From the IMG/VR virus record IMGVR_UViG_3300037883_000041: a DNA stretch of 64,000 nucleotides, one strand, 5' to 3'. Source of the DNA: a virus (Duplodnaviria > Heunggongvirae > Uroviricota > Caudoviricetes). The notes beneath the pieces were generated by a model. The model searched no databases and was not told the origin of the DNA. It saw nothing but the letters and a program-made list of their open reading frames with translations. Below, piece by piece: positions 18,267 through 28,003 of this stretch. The translations under genes were made by a program, and so were the position numbers. Numbering within the stretch: the stretch's first letter is position 1; every line of letters begins with the position of its first letter.

Positions 18267-19018
18267 TTAAGGATTGTGCCCGTAGCGTGCGGCGAGGGCG
18301 GTTGCAGCTGCTTCCGGATCAAAGAACGGCGCGCTCTTCGGCGAGCGGTATTCCGGATTCAGCATGTTCTTGCGTTCGATGTCGATCGTGAAACCGAGGA
18401 TCTCCGCATTCTTGAAGACCTTCTCGATGTCAGCGTGAATCGCCAACCGCATGTCGTGGTCTTGCAACGACTTGTGAGTCGGAAACACCGAATGGATCGA
18501 GATGATCTTCGCGCCGACGTAGGTGTCAGCCAGTTCCAGATTGATCTGCGACGATATATCGAACGTGATGTCGATACCAATCCCTGCGGCCGTGAAGGCA
18601 TCGACCAAGTTCAGCGTACGGCCTTCGATGTCACGATGACTGCTATGCAGACCGAACACGACACGCTCACTGATGCCAAGCGTTCGATAACTGCCGCTCT
18701 TGTCACGGCGATACGGAATAGCGAGTTCGTGCTGAACGATCTGTTGACCAATCCGGATATACACATATTCCAACGTGGCCTTACTCGCCAGGTAATCCGT
18801 CGGATTGTGCAGCTTGGATTCCTGGGTCTGCTCGTCCTGCGAGATGCCCATCAGCGAAAACACCACGCCGTTCTTCACCGGCGCAGTATCGAAACACACC
18901 CCGTCAATACTGACTTCATGGCCGAGCTCAGTCAGGAGGAATTGTTCAGTCCCCTTGCGCCAAACCGGCCACGCCCGGACCGCTCGAAAGAGGCGGTCTT
19001 CCGCGGTAAATGATTGCA
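18267..19018 (-). CDS. hypothetical protein (~250 aa)
   Basis: ORF. The ATG at 19016-19018 is preceded by GAAGGAAAG. Confidence 0.5.
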
Positions 19019-19059
19019 TTACTCTTTCCTTCTTTTTGGTTTTAGTGACGCACTCCACA

Positions 19060-19520
19060 GCTCACTGTTCATTGCTCACCTAAAACATCTCACTCCTTTC
19101 GGTTGGCGGATGCTTTCTCGATTAGGGTTGCGCGTAGTGCGAGAACACTACGATGGGGATAAACAGATCACTGCAGGCTGCGTCCCTTACTAAATCAGTA
19201 GACCCCCCGTTAGATAGCGAATCTAACCTTACGTCACCTTCTTTCAGGGCACAACTTGCTTTGACTCCGGTAGCACCGTAAGTCTTGGCCGGACGATTTG
19301 ATTCAGCGTATCAACCTAGCGGTATCTCGCTGATGTGAAGGCGCCACAGCGGGCGACACCTCACCTCGAATAGGATCGTGAACCTACTGCTCTTAGGGGA
19401 GCGAGGACTCCCCTTTCGCGGGCTTTCCACCCACGAATTACTGGCTGTCTCTTGAGAAGGGTGCATTAACAGGAAGACAGCTAGTAACCGGTGCCGACTT
19501 GCACGGCTCATCAGAGAGCT
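19060..19520 (-). ncRNA. ~460-bp non-coding region with multiple hairpins; candidate structured RNA or regulatory region
   Basis: No credible ORF in a densely coding genome. Hairpins include aggggagcgaggactcccct and gctgtct..agacagc. Confidence 0.3.
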
Positions 19521-19799
19521 TTACGCTACACGGAAGATCGGATTCTGTGCTTCACGCATACGTTTCAAGAAGTCACGATGACCGTGACGCTTGAGTTGAC
19601 CTTCGAGCAGATCAGCGGCTTCGTTGCACTCCATCATCTTGTTCTCGATGACAATACCGACGCTGCTTTTACATGCCGGGTCAGTCTCCAGCGAATTCTT
19701 TAACGACTGGGCTTCGCTACGAAGCGCATCGATTGCGAGCCAGACCGCCTCAGAGTAAGCGCGGGAATACTCAATAAACTGGAAGTTATTATCGTTCAT
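19521..19799 (-). CDS. hypothetical protein (92 aa)
   Basis: ORF with no recognisable motifs. Confidence 0.45.
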   Translation of the reverse strand: MNDNNFQFIEYSRAYSEAVWLAIDALRSEAQSLKNSLETDPACKSSVGIVIENKMMECNEAADLLEGQLKRHGHRDFLKRMREAQNPIFRVA

Positions 19800-19862
19800 G
19801 ATTTCCTTGTTATTCGAAGCGCATCATTCCTACTAGATCATGACCCTCCTCAGTAAGTTTTC

Positions 19863-20411
19863 CTATCCCGCTGATTTCAATACCAGCGCCTGAGAGCCTT
19901 CGATCACCTGGGCGATGATCTCTTCACGAGTGTGATCACGATCTTCTCCGTCCTCATCCCGTTGCCGGTAGCCACCAGGTAGCGTAGCTTCAGCTGGAAT
20001 ACCCAACCGGTACGCTGCGATGATGCCTGCGATGTCGGCACCTGTCTGTCCGCCTGAGATGATCTTCTCCAGCGGCCACGAGTGATGTACCAAAGCCAGG
20101 ATGTCGTAGATGTACTGGTTCACTTGGGCCCGTGTGACGCCAGCCTTGTGATAGGTCGCAATGCCATTGCCTGCGACATTCAGAACCTTGACGTTACGAC
20201 GCCGACACTCGACGAAAAGCTTGCGTGCATTGGCAACCATTTCGTCATGAAACGGCAACGCCAGGAACTTATCCGCCGCAGCTTTGTGCGTAAGCTTCTC
20301 GCCACCCGTGTAGTAGTTCACGGCTACTGCAATGGTCAAGTCCGAGGTCACGGCATTGTGAAACGTGCGAGGAACATAACTTCTGCTTTGATGTTCGAGG
20401 ATGTTCAGCAT
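19863..20411 (-). CDS. hypothetical protein, possibly a Rossmann-fold nucleotide-binding (LOG/DprA-like) protein
   Basis: Glycine-rich segment ISGGQTGADIAGIIAAYRLGIP. Weak assignment by eye. Confidence 0.3.
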   Translation of the reverse strand: MLNILEHQSRSYVPRTFHNAVTSDLTIAVAVNYYTGGEKLTHKAAADKFLALPFHDEMVANARKLFVECRRRNVKVLNVAGNGIATYHKAGVTRAQVNQYIYDILALVHHSWPLEKIISGGQTGADIAGIIAAYRLGIPAEATLPGGYRQRDEDGEDRDHTREEIIAQVIEGSQALVLKSAG

Positions 20412-20460
20412 GGTGTTCTCCTTTATCTACACCATGGCTCACTTACGTAAAAACGGCATA

Positions 20461-20486
20461 AGAGCAGAGCCGAAGCCCTGCCCTTA
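20461..20486 (-). terminator. terminator hairpin with GCCGAAGCC loop, preceded on + by cggcataag
   Basis: Hairpin directly after the stop of the 20497..20880 gene. Confidence 0.45.
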
Positions 20487-20496
20487 TCAGAGACGC

Positions 20497-20880
20497 TTAC
20501 GCGCCAGCCGGTGCACCGCCGTCGCCTTCCGGATTGGTACCGTCCGGACCCGACGCAGCCGTACCGTTCGGCAGGTGCGTGGTACCGTCGACCGGCACCT
20601 CGTAGCCCACAGCCGTCACGAACGGACCCGATGCCGGGGGTGCTTCACCCGTGTCGACGAACGGGATGTTGTTGGTTGCCCAGGCACCCGACGGGGTCTG
20701 CTTGGCTTGAGCCGGATTCTCGACTGCGACGCTCACGCGGCTGCCGCCGGTCCAGACCTTGACGATCGTGCAAGGCAGGGGTGCGACGTGGGTGACGGTG
20801 TTGCCGCTACCATCGACGCCCAGTGCCGGGGCCGTGAATTGCGGGAAGTACTGAGCAGCGGTATTGATAACTGCGGGCAT
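20497..20880 (-). CDS. hypothetical Gly/Pro/Thr-rich protein (127 aa)
   Basis: ORF with no recognisable motifs. Confidence 0.45.
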   Translation of the reverse strand: MPAVINTAAQYFPQFTAPALGVDGSGNTVTHVAPLPCTIVKVWTGGSRVSVAVENPAQAKQTPSGAWATNNIPFVDTGEAPPASGPFVTAVGYEVPVDGTTHLPNGTAASGPDGTNPEGDGGAPAGA

Positions 20881-20910
20881 GGATTACTCCGTGGTGTGAA
20901 AAAATGAAGG

Positions 20911-21387
20911 TTATTCCGGATCGCTGGCGACCGGGGTTTCCGGTGCTTCGACGGGCGTGCCCGTTTCGTTCGCCATGATCTTGACAGGCTGGTACGGCTG
21001 AGCGCTGTCTTCCGGGTTCGCAGGCGGATTCGTCGGCGAGAGGGGCATGTTCCAGCCAGCAGGCTGATACGGCACAGTCTTCGGCGGCGGGAACGCAGGC
21101 GCGTCGTTCGGGTCCACACAATAACCGCCATCGCCAGGGATGAGGTTCGTGTACGGACGCGTCAGATACTCGCTGTCGAAGTACGGGATGTTCTTAACGA
21201 TGAACGGACGACCGTTGTTCGCAGGCGTCACGATCAGGTTAAGCTTCAACGTCGGTCCTACGTAGGTGATGTTCGCCGAGAGCGGCGTGATCGCCTCGAT
21301 CGCATTGAGATCAGCGAGCTGGCCTCCGCGCTTCGGGTAGTACTGGACGGCTTGGCCGATGGTTGGTGCTGCCATCAAATCCCCCAC
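20911..21387 (-). CDS. hypothetical Pro-rich protein (158 aa)
   Basis: ORF with no recognisable motifs. Confidence 0.45.
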   Translation of the reverse strand: MGDLMAAPTIGQAVQYYPKRGGQLADLNAIEAITPLSANITYVGPTLKLNLIVTPANNGRPFIVKNIPYFDSEYLTRPYTNLIPGDGGYCVDPNDAPAFPPPKTVPYQPAGWNMPLSPTNPPANPEDSAQPYQPVKIMANETGTPVEAPETPVASDPE

Positions 21388-21488
21388 AAAAGGAACGGGT
21401 TAAACATGGCAAACGCGTTGAGCATGGCACGTTGCGTTACGCCATGCATCAGCATGGAATAGGTCATGAACGACATTTTTGTTCCTGG

Positions 21489-21833
21489 TTATTGACCACC
21501 CCGGAAATCCGGTGGCGGCATGGGGACTTCGGAGTTCTGCTTGAGTTTCACACCCCAGGCAGCCGCGAGGGCCTGGCCAGAGATCGCCACACAACCCGTC
21601 GAGAACGCCATGCTGTTGAACTGGTGGTTCTTCAGCGTGTCGTAAATCGTAAGGCCGATGAACACGAAGCCGCACAGCAGGACGAAGCCGTAGCCAATCA
21701 GTCGTGCCGGATCGTAGTCGCCATTCCAGTTCTGGAACATGTCACCGCAGGTCTTAGCGATGAGCGCACGCGTTTGTTCAAACGTGATCCGCGCGTGCAG
21801 CCACTTCATAAGTGTCTTGAATTGTTCTTTCAT
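21489..21833 (-). CDS. small membrane protein (114 aa)
   Basis: Two predicted transmembrane segments. Confidence 0.5.
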   Translation of the reverse strand: MKEQFKTLMKWLHARITFEQTRALIAKTCGDMFQNWNGDYDPARLIGYGFVLLCGFVFIGLTIYDTLKNHQFNSMAFSTGCVAISGQALAAAWGVKLKQNSEVPMPPPDFRGGQ

Positions 21834-21948
21834 TTGCTAAGCCCCTTAGCGTGTTTTACTGTGTCATATTGATTCGGTCTACCTCAAGCCCAAAAAAAAG
21901 AGGTGACGCGCACTGAGCCCCCGAAGGAGCTCAGCACACAGGATGAAG

Positions 21949-22305
21949 TTACGCCGGGCACCCAACCAGCTCCTCAGCCAACAGCATTTCGTGATAGCGC
22001 CGCCGATTCTCTTCGGTGTTCACATAGAGCCACTGAATGCACAGCAGTGCTAGATAAACTAGCATGCCGTGACCCGTGGTTGTGAAACCAAAAGCATAAG
22101 CAAGCAGTGCTGCGCCAGCGTAGATCAGGGCGGTGTACACCATCTCCTTGCCGGTCGCGAAGCACATGGAGAAGAAGCTCTTTTGGAGCGCGATGACGAC
22201 TCGTGATTTGGGGTCCTTGACGCAGAGGCACGCCAAGAAACGGATGATCCAGAACGTGAGCACTGCCACATAGATCACCAAGCCGATTGTGTAAGCAGTC
22301 GCCAT
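21949..22305 (-). CDS. small multi-pass membrane protein (118 aa)
   Basis: Strongly hydrophobic ORF. Confidence 0.5.
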   Translation of the reverse strand: MATAYTIGLVIYVAVLTFWIIRFLACLCVKDPKSRVVIALQKSFFSMCFATGKEMVYTALIYAGAALLAYAFGFTTTGHGMLVYLALLCIQWLYVNTEENRRRYHEMLLAEELVGCPA

Positions 22306-22314
22306 GGTAGGAAG

Positions 22315-22590
22315 TTATTTAGCTGCGCGTTGATCCAGCGCATGGTTGATGAGTGTGCCTGCGATCTTGCCGAGGCACTCTGCGACTACGTCGACGACCT
22401 TGTTGGCGTCGCCCTTGTTCAGGTTGTCGTACTGGCACGTGCCGTGGCACGGTTCCGTCGACAGGCGCAGTGCTTCTTGCTTCTTCTCGTTCGAGTACGC
22501 CACGTTCAGGTACACGACCCAGGCAAACATGCCAACGAGCATACCGGAAGCAGCGATGGGAGCGAGGTTAGCGTGGATGAAGTTCAGCAT
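22315..22590 (-). CDS. small membrane protein (91 aa)
   Basis: Hydrophobic N-terminal half. Confidence 0.45.
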   Translation of the reverse strand: MLNFIHANLAPIAASGMLVGMFAWVVYLNVAYSNEKKQEALRLSTEPCHGTCQYDNLNKGDANKVVDVVAECLGKIAGTLINHALDQRAAK

Positions 22591-22624
22591 GGTATTCTCC
22601 AGAAAGTAATCAGATCGTCGAAAG

Positions 22625-22867
22625 TTAACGTTGCGTGAGGTCTACAAGCAGCTTGTCCATTTCGACAAACTTGTGCTGCATCATGGCGATCTGTACCGCG
22701 CCGCTACCGGTGACCGGCATACGAGCGATTTCAATCTGGCGACGGCGTTGTTCGTTGGTCCAGCGACCTGGAGGCACTGCACGCAGGCGCTTCACTGTGT
22801 CGTTGTATTTAGCGATGACGTCGTCGAGGCTCTTGCCCGTGACGTCGATGAAGACTTGGTTAGCCAT
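22625..22867 (-). CDS. hypothetical protein (80 aa)
   Basis: ORF with ATG start. Confidence 0.4.
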   Translation of the reverse strand: MANQVFIDVTGKSLDDVIAKYNDTVKRLRAVPPGRWTNEQRRRQIEIARMPVTGSGAVQIAMMQHKFVEMDKLLVDLTQR

Positions 22868-22955
22868 GGCTACTCCTGGATGATCAACTCGTCGAATGAG
22901 GAGGGGGACCCGAATCCCCCTCCCGTCTACTACAGGACTACGGTACTACGCCGTC

Positions 22956-23150
22956 TTAGACGGTGGCTGCGGCTTCCGGCGCAGCGTTAGCAGCAGCCGC
23001 GTTGGCGCGAGCAGCCGACTGGGCCGCTGCACGCTTTTCCGCGCTGCGACGACGGAGAGCCTTCGTGCCCTTGTAGCCGCCGTAGCCGATGCCGATGGTG
23101 CCGAGAACTGCGCCTGCGATGATGCCGTAGCGAACGAGATTTGCATTCAT
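22956..23150 (-). CDS. small membrane protein (64 aa) with Ala-rich basic tail
   Basis: Transmembrane segment GIIAGAVLGTIGIGYGGY. Confidence 0.4.
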   Translation of the reverse strand: MNANLVRYGIIAGAVLGTIGIGYGGYKGTKALRRRSAEKRAAAQSAARANAAAANAAPEAAATV

Positions 23151-23381
23151 GGTAAAGCTCCTTGTAACGATTAAAGGATACTGCTGTTTAACTACTAGGG
23201 GTGCGCACTCTTGAGCGGTACGCTTACTGTCTCCTGACGAGCAGGATAAACCAGACCAACAGCGTCAGCATGAGAAAGCCTGACAGCTTGGACTTCTTCT
23301 TCGCCATGATGTCCGCCTTACATGCGGATCAGGATCATGATGACGATAACGAGCGCGAGAAACTTGCCCATTGTCTTCTCC

Positions 23382-23705
23382 TTATGCGAACTTCGCTTTG
23401 ACGTTTTCGACAGCCTGGTTGGCGCGGCGGTGCATCAGCATGATCGTGCCAATCACCACCGACATGCCCATCATTGCAGCGAAGATGCGGTAATCGTACT
23501 GGGTGACCGAGATGATCGCAGCGACGACGATCGCCGCATTCATCACTTCGGATTCACCCGCCAGTTTTTGGGTTTCATGAAAGAACGCCCGCACCCGCTC
23601 GACACCGGGTGACTTCGCTTGACGCTGATGGAAGTTAAACCAGATTCCCATTGCGAAGGCAACGATACCCAAGATTTGCAGCAGAATGAAGATTTGTGCG
23701 AGCAT
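23382..23705 (-). CDS. small membrane protein (107 aa)
   Basis: Two hydrophobic segments. Confidence 0.5.
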   Translation of the reverse strand: MLAQIFILLQILGIVAFAMGIWFNFHQRQAKSPGVERVRAFFHETQKLAGESEVMNAAIVVAAIISVTQYDYRIFAAMMGMSVVIGTIMLMHRRANQAVENVKAKFA

Positions 23706-23732
23706 GTCAATTTCCTGAAAAGTGAAGAACCA

Positions 23733-24107
23733 TCAAGCAGCGTCCATGCTGCCGGATGTGGGCCATTGCCAAGGACCCGGATCATCTCCGGGGTCGGGTA
23801 CGGCAAGGTTGGCCGTGTCGATGAGCTTTTGGATAAGCACGTACGACCCCAGTATGATCACGAGGGTCAGACCTGCGACGATGGCGATCAGATGCATCTC
23901 GACGTAGAGCGTCGCGACGATGATCGCTGCGAGAATCACGACTGCTGCCACCGGGAAGGGCGGCTTCTTGAAGGGCTTGTCCGCTTCCGGGGCCTTCGGT
24001 GGTTCGGGTGCTGCTTGCGGCTCGGGAGCCGCTTGAGCACGGGTGGTCTTCTTAGCGAAGACCGAGTCGAGCGCCTGCTTGGCGCCCTTGATCAGGTTGG
24101 TGAACAT
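23733..24107 (-). CDS. small membrane protein (124 aa) with Pro/Ala-rich linker
   Basis: Central transmembrane segment. Confidence 0.5.
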   Translation of the reverse strand: MFTNLIKGAKQALDSVFAKKTTRAQAAPEPQAAPEPPKAPEADKPFKKPPFPVAAVVILAAIIVATLYVEMHLIAIVAGLTLVIILGSYVLIQKLIDTANLAVPDPGDDPGPWQWPTSGSMDAA

Positions 24108-24118
24108 ACAGCCTCCAG

Positions 24119-24511
24119 TTAGGCCGTCCGGAACTCGAAAATCGTCGCGCTTTCGACGACGTTCGGGTTCTTGTGGTTCAGGATGAACAGACGGATTTGG
24201 TTACGGATGCCTTCGGTCAACATCAGCGTACCCTGGAAGAACGTGTAGCCGCACGTGTAGTACAGGCCGCACCATGCACAGAGGCAGGCGAGCGACAGAA
24301 ACACGCCAGCGAAGACCAGGTCCATGCTGATCTTGTCGTGACGACCAGACCAGTAACGAGCGTCCTTCTGGGCCTTTTCGATGGCAGCTTCTTGTGCGTC
24401 ACGATCCATCTTCTTGAACGCGATCAGTTCGGCGACCGACTTGCGGGCGACGAGGAGGGCGATCACCAGAGCAGCGATGAGGATGAGGGCGATGAGAGCG
24501 GGAGTCGACAT
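24119..24511 (-). CDS. small membrane protein (130 aa)
   Basis: N-terminal and central transmembrane segments. Confidence 0.5.
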   Translation of the reverse strand: MSTPALIALILIAALVIALLVARKSVAELIAFKKMDRDAQEAAIEKAQKDARYWSGRHDKISMDLVFAGVFLSLACLCAWCGLYYTCGYTFFQGTLMLTEGIRNQIRLFILNHKNPNVVESATIFEFRTA

Positions 24512-24556
24512 GATAGTGTCCTTGTAATTTGCAGTAAGTATTCAGGATGCCCGGCG

Positions 24557-24952
24557 TTATGCCGTAGCGGATTCGTTAAAGCTGTGGTTGCCTTCTGCGA
24601 TGTCGATAATCATCTTGGTGACGATCATGTCCGCAGTTTGGAAGCAGATTGCCGCGAAGCACAGCGTGAAGAACACCGTGCAGAACGAGAGACCAGCCAT
24701 AGCGCACAGGCTGACCATGACGATGGCGATCGCGATCGGTGCGAAGTCGACATCATACACGTCATCCGACGACGCTTCACCTGCCCACTTGCCTTCGGTG
24801 CGCATACGCACCTTCAGCATCGCGATACGTGCTGCCTTGGCTTCCGGCGACAGTGCATCATAGTCGCGTTGTGCTTCATCGGCACGATAGCCCATGTACA
24901 GGACAGCGGCGACGATGATCACGATCATTGCAACGATTGCATAGCTCAACAT
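24557..24952 (-). CDS. small membrane protein (131 aa)
   Basis: Hydrophobic ORF. Confidence 0.5.
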   Translation of the reverse strand: MLSYAIVAMIVIIVAAVLYMGYRADEAQRDYDALSPEAKAARIAMLKVRMRTEGKWAGEASSDDVYDVDFAPIAIAIVMVSLCAMAGLSFCTVFFTLCFAAICFQTADMIVTKMIIDIAEGNHSFNESATA

Positions 24953-24978
24953 GGTAATACTCCTTCAATTCGGTTTAA

Positions 24979-25335
24979 TTAAGCAGCACGAAAAGCGTTG
25001 TCCACTTCGTACTCGCCATTGACTTCTTTCAGTGCCCACTCTTCGACTGCGCACAGGCACAAAGCCTTGACGCAAGCGTACGTGGCGACTGCGAAGACTG
25101 CCCAGCCCAGATAGGGGGCGATTTGAATCAGGTAGAAGCTCACCCAGACGCACAGCAGTGCGCCACCCAGGATAGCCTTGTTCTTTTCGGACTCATGGCC
25201 GTTTTCTGCCAGGTACTGTTCTGCGAAGCTGCGTGCCGAGCCTGCTGCGTTCAGTGCCTTGAAGAAGCGCACAGCAAACACGAACAAGCCAACCATCAGA
25301 GCGATGATGAAGAACAACACTGCGAGTGCGACCAT
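24979..25335 (-). CDS. small membrane protein (118 aa)
   Basis: Hydrophobic ORF. Confidence 0.5.
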   Translation of the reverse strand: MVALAVLFFIIALMVGLFVFAVRFFKALNAAGSARSFAEQYLAENGHESEKNKAILGGALLCVWVSFYLIQIAPYLGWAVFAVATYACVKALCLCAVEEWALKEVNGEYEVDNAFRAA

Positions 25336-25361
25336 GATTAACTCCTAAAGTTGTAAGGTTC

Positions 25362-25703
25362 TTAAGCAGCCGTCGGCACCGGTGCGCCGTTGCTCTTCCA
25401 GATCAGCAGGCAGATGCCGCGATGAAAGAGGCTACCCATGTTCATGTTGACGCCAAGCGCCACAAAGGTGAGCAGGAAGTTACCGAAGCCCGTCGTGTAG
25501 ATCAGGGCGCAAACAGCAATCAGGAAAACGTACAGCACGATCGTCGAGAAGATGAACGTCTTCCAGTCGAAGTGGCTCGTTGCCACGCGTTCTGCGTGAG
25601 CAGCCAGGCCGCCGTTCTTAGCACCGAAGTACAGGTTGATCAGAGCGATCACCATAGCGACGAGGAACGTGATGAAAATGATGGTAGCGATGTAGTTCAG
25701 CAT
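25362..25703 (-). CDS. small membrane protein (113 aa)
   Basis: Hydrophobic ORF. Confidence 0.5.
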   Translation of the reverse strand: MLNYIATIIFITFLVAMVIALINLYFGAKNGGLAAHAERVATSHFDWKTFIFSTIVLYVFLIAVCALIYTTGFGNFLLTFVALGVNMNMGSLFHRGICLLIWKSNGAPVPTAA

Positions 25704-25849
25704 TTTGATGCTCCTTAAAGCGAGTTAGGGATGAAGCTATTTGCTTCAGTTCACCGGAGTTATATAGGTCTGAATTATTCTACAATCCACTTTTCTAGTG
25801 GGTTCTAGGATAATCCAGGGGAGTCCGTAGACTCCCCGTGGTTACTGCT

Positions 25850-26202
25850 TTACATCCAGTGGCACAGCGAATTCAGTTGTGCCGGGCGGTAGTTACGCGC
25901 CGGGAACACATGCATCAGAATGCCACGCAGGATGCAGGCGAGTGCGCCGAGCACTGTGAAGAAGGCGCAGGCTTTCCAGCCATAGTGCCACATCACTGCC
26001 GCCATGATGAAGTAGGCGAGCGGGATGCCCCAGTCTTGCCAGAGTTCCAGCACTCGCCGTGTCGGCGCGACCAGCATCACCCGGCGGCACCAGTCGGTGA
26101 CCGGATGGTCGAGCGGACCGCAGGAAGCGATCATCAGTGCGACAGTATGGAATGCGAAGCCCCAAGCCATCAAGCCGGTCACGACGATTTCGAACTTGCT
26201 CA
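25850..26202 (-). CDS. small membrane protein (~117 aa)
   Basis: The ATG at 26200-26202 is preceded by AAGGAG and the TTACAAC motif. The track ORF extends further upstream. Confidence 0.5.
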
Positions 26203-26317
26203 TTTCACTACTCCTTGCTGGTTGTAAAGGGTTTTGAACTCGATATGGTTTGCAGTTCATCCGGAGAATATATGTTTGATTTTTTCTAGGATCGAGCCAA
26301 AAAAGAAAATGCGGCAT

Positions 26318-26340
26318 AGGAGGGAGCCGAAGCCCCCTCC
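26318..26340 (-). terminator. terminator hairpin ggagggagccgaagccccctcc (UUCG loop on transcript) followed by CTATGCCG
   Basis: Between the stop of the 26352..26717 gene and the next promoter. Confidence 0.5.
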
Positions 26341-26351
26341 CGTTCCTGGTG

Positions 26352-26717
26352 TTACAGGTCTTGATCGCCAGACGTCAAACGCTTCAGCTCCGCCCCCTGG
26401 TGCTTCAGCAAGGCACGTTCCGCATCCGTGCTCTGAAAGACGTCTTTCGGATAAACGATGTAGTAACCATTCTGACCGTTCGCCACTTGCTCGTGCGTAC
26501 TAATGTCACGACACACGCCATTACGACACAGAATGACTTGCCCGCCCAAGGACTGGACATCGATCAGCAGGCTTTCCAAACTGGCATAATGTCGAGTGGT
26601 GGCCCTCTGGATCTTTTCGTACTGATAGTACTTCAAGCAGAGGAAACAGGATACGGCGATGAAACCAACGATAATCGCATAGTAGATGCGACGGCGTCGG
26701 ATCAGTTTGGCTGTCAT
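26352..26717 (-). CDS. membrane-anchored hypothetical protein (~121 aa)
   Basis: ATG at 26715-26717. N-terminal transmembrane segment YYAIIVGFIAVSCFLCL. Confidence 0.45.
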   Translation of the reverse strand: MTAKLIRRRRIYYAIIVGFIAVSCFLCLKYYQYEKIQRATTRHYASLESLLIDVQSLGGQVILCRNGVCRDISTHEQVANGQNGYYIVYPKDVFQSTDAERALLKHQGAELKRLTSGDQDL

Positions 26718-26731
26718 AGTGCTCTCTAGTT

Positions 26732-27079
26732 TTAGCCGTTTATAGACAGGGAGTCCTTGTACACCCCGACGACTCGACCCTCTGAACACAATGCGATCAG
26801 AAAGGTCGAGAAATTATGCGCTGCTAATTTACTGCATCTGGGCGGCGCTGCCACCATCTTGACACGGACAATCCTTCGGTGATTCGCCCCGGCATGAATC
26901 AGTTCGAACGACATGTCCGTCACAAGCTCTCCTCGCGAATGAACCCGCTTGGCTTTCTCAACGCCAACCCACACTTGGGCTAACACAGAATGAAAGACAT
27001 CACGGCTACTGCACTTGCGCAGGTACTCCAATCCCCGGCCTTCGTCGATCTCCTCATTGACGTATTGCAGCAGACTCAT
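26732..27079 (-). CDS. hypothetical protein (115 aa)
   Basis: ORF with no recognisable motifs. Confidence 0.45.
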   Translation of the reverse strand: MSLLQYVNEEIDEGRGLEYLRKCSSRDVFHSVLAQVWVGVEKAKRVHSRGELVTDMSFELIHAGANHRRIVRVKMVAAPPRCSKLAAHNFSTFLIALCSEGRVVGVYKDSLSING

Positions 27080-27090
27080 GTTGTTCTCCC

Positions 27091-27462
27091 TTAGGCGTAG
27101 TGCTGCTCCCAGATTGGATTACGAAGCCGCACCGTGTCAAAGACCATAGGCCCGTGCTCGCCGACGATCTGCGCTTTAATGATGTCGTCCATATCCACCA
27201 ACAGACCTTCGCACTGGTCGCCCCACGAACTGCCGAAAAGCTGGATCAGAAAGAGCGTCGAGCCATCGAAGTCGAGCACGTTCTCCGGGACCGTCAGCTT
27301 ACTGAGCTCGGTAATGACATCGCGCACTTTGTCTTGCGTATCAAAGTGCGCTGCGTTTTCCTTCTCCAGCGTGAGCACGTACGGGTACGTTGACTTACCC
27401 AGTGAATGCTCGAGAAACATGTACGGCTGTTGAGGCTGCTTAAAACGCAACAAATACATCAC
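27091..27462 (-). CDS. hypothetical protein (123 aa)
   Basis: ORF with no recognisable motifs. Confidence 0.45.
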   Translation of the reverse strand: MMYLLRFKQPQQPYMFLEHSLGKSTYPYVLTLEKENAAHFDTQDKVRDVITELSKLTVPENVLDFDGSTLFLIQLFGSSWGDQCEGLLVDMDDIIKAQIVGEHGPMVFDTVRLRNPIWEQHYA

Positions 27463-27469
27463 GCTCTCC

Positions 27470-28003
27470 TTAAGCCGCGACGGGCACCTTCAAAGTCCGC
27501 AAGAAGCGTTCCATGTCTTCCATGGGTTCGCTCATGTTGCCCCACTGCACTGCTGCCATGTCGCCGTAGGTCGTCTTCAGGAACTGCTCGACGGCCTTCT
27601 TGCCCATATCGCTCTTGGCGCGCAAGAACCAGTAAGCGGTGAGCAAGGACATTTCCTTGATTTCGCCGTGACGCAGGAAGAGGATCTTTTCCGGAGGCAG
27701 CTGATGCACCGACACCGTTTCAGCAAAGATGATCGGTGAAAAGAGCAGCCCCTGGACTTGAAACTCGTGTCCTGTGAGATCGAGCTTCTCCTGGATTGAG
27801 ATGGCAAAGCGACGCTCCATGTCGAACAGGAGAAAGGTCGGTCCCAACGGCGTCTTCGACAGAATCGGCGGCATGCAGGCCTCGACGAAGAGATCACCCC
27901 CGATGTGACGCAGCCGCAAGTCCGTAAGGAGATGATGCAGTGTCGTGATGATAGTTGCGTTTTTAATGTTCATGGTCCTAGATGTCGTACTCTTTGTGTT
28001 CAA
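27470..28003 (-). CDS. hypothetical protein (177 aa; start uncertain)
   Basis: ORF with no recognisable motifs. Confidence 0.45.
   Translation of the reverse strand: MNTKSTTSRTMNIKNATIITTLHHLLTDLRLRHIGGDLFVEACMPPILSKTPLGPTFLLFDMERRFAISIQEKLDLTGHEFQVQGLLFSPIIFAETVSVHQLPPEKILFLRHGEIKEMSLLTAYWFLRAKSDMGKKAVEQFLKTTYGDMAAVQWGNMSEPMEDMERFLRTLKVPVAA

Noticed and set aside
19060-19520. tmRNA or RNase P RNA in the large non-coding islands
   Set aside because: No tRNA-like T-arm or CCA terminus and no GGAAAGUCCGG-type P4 motif was found by eye. I only flag them as unknown structured regions.
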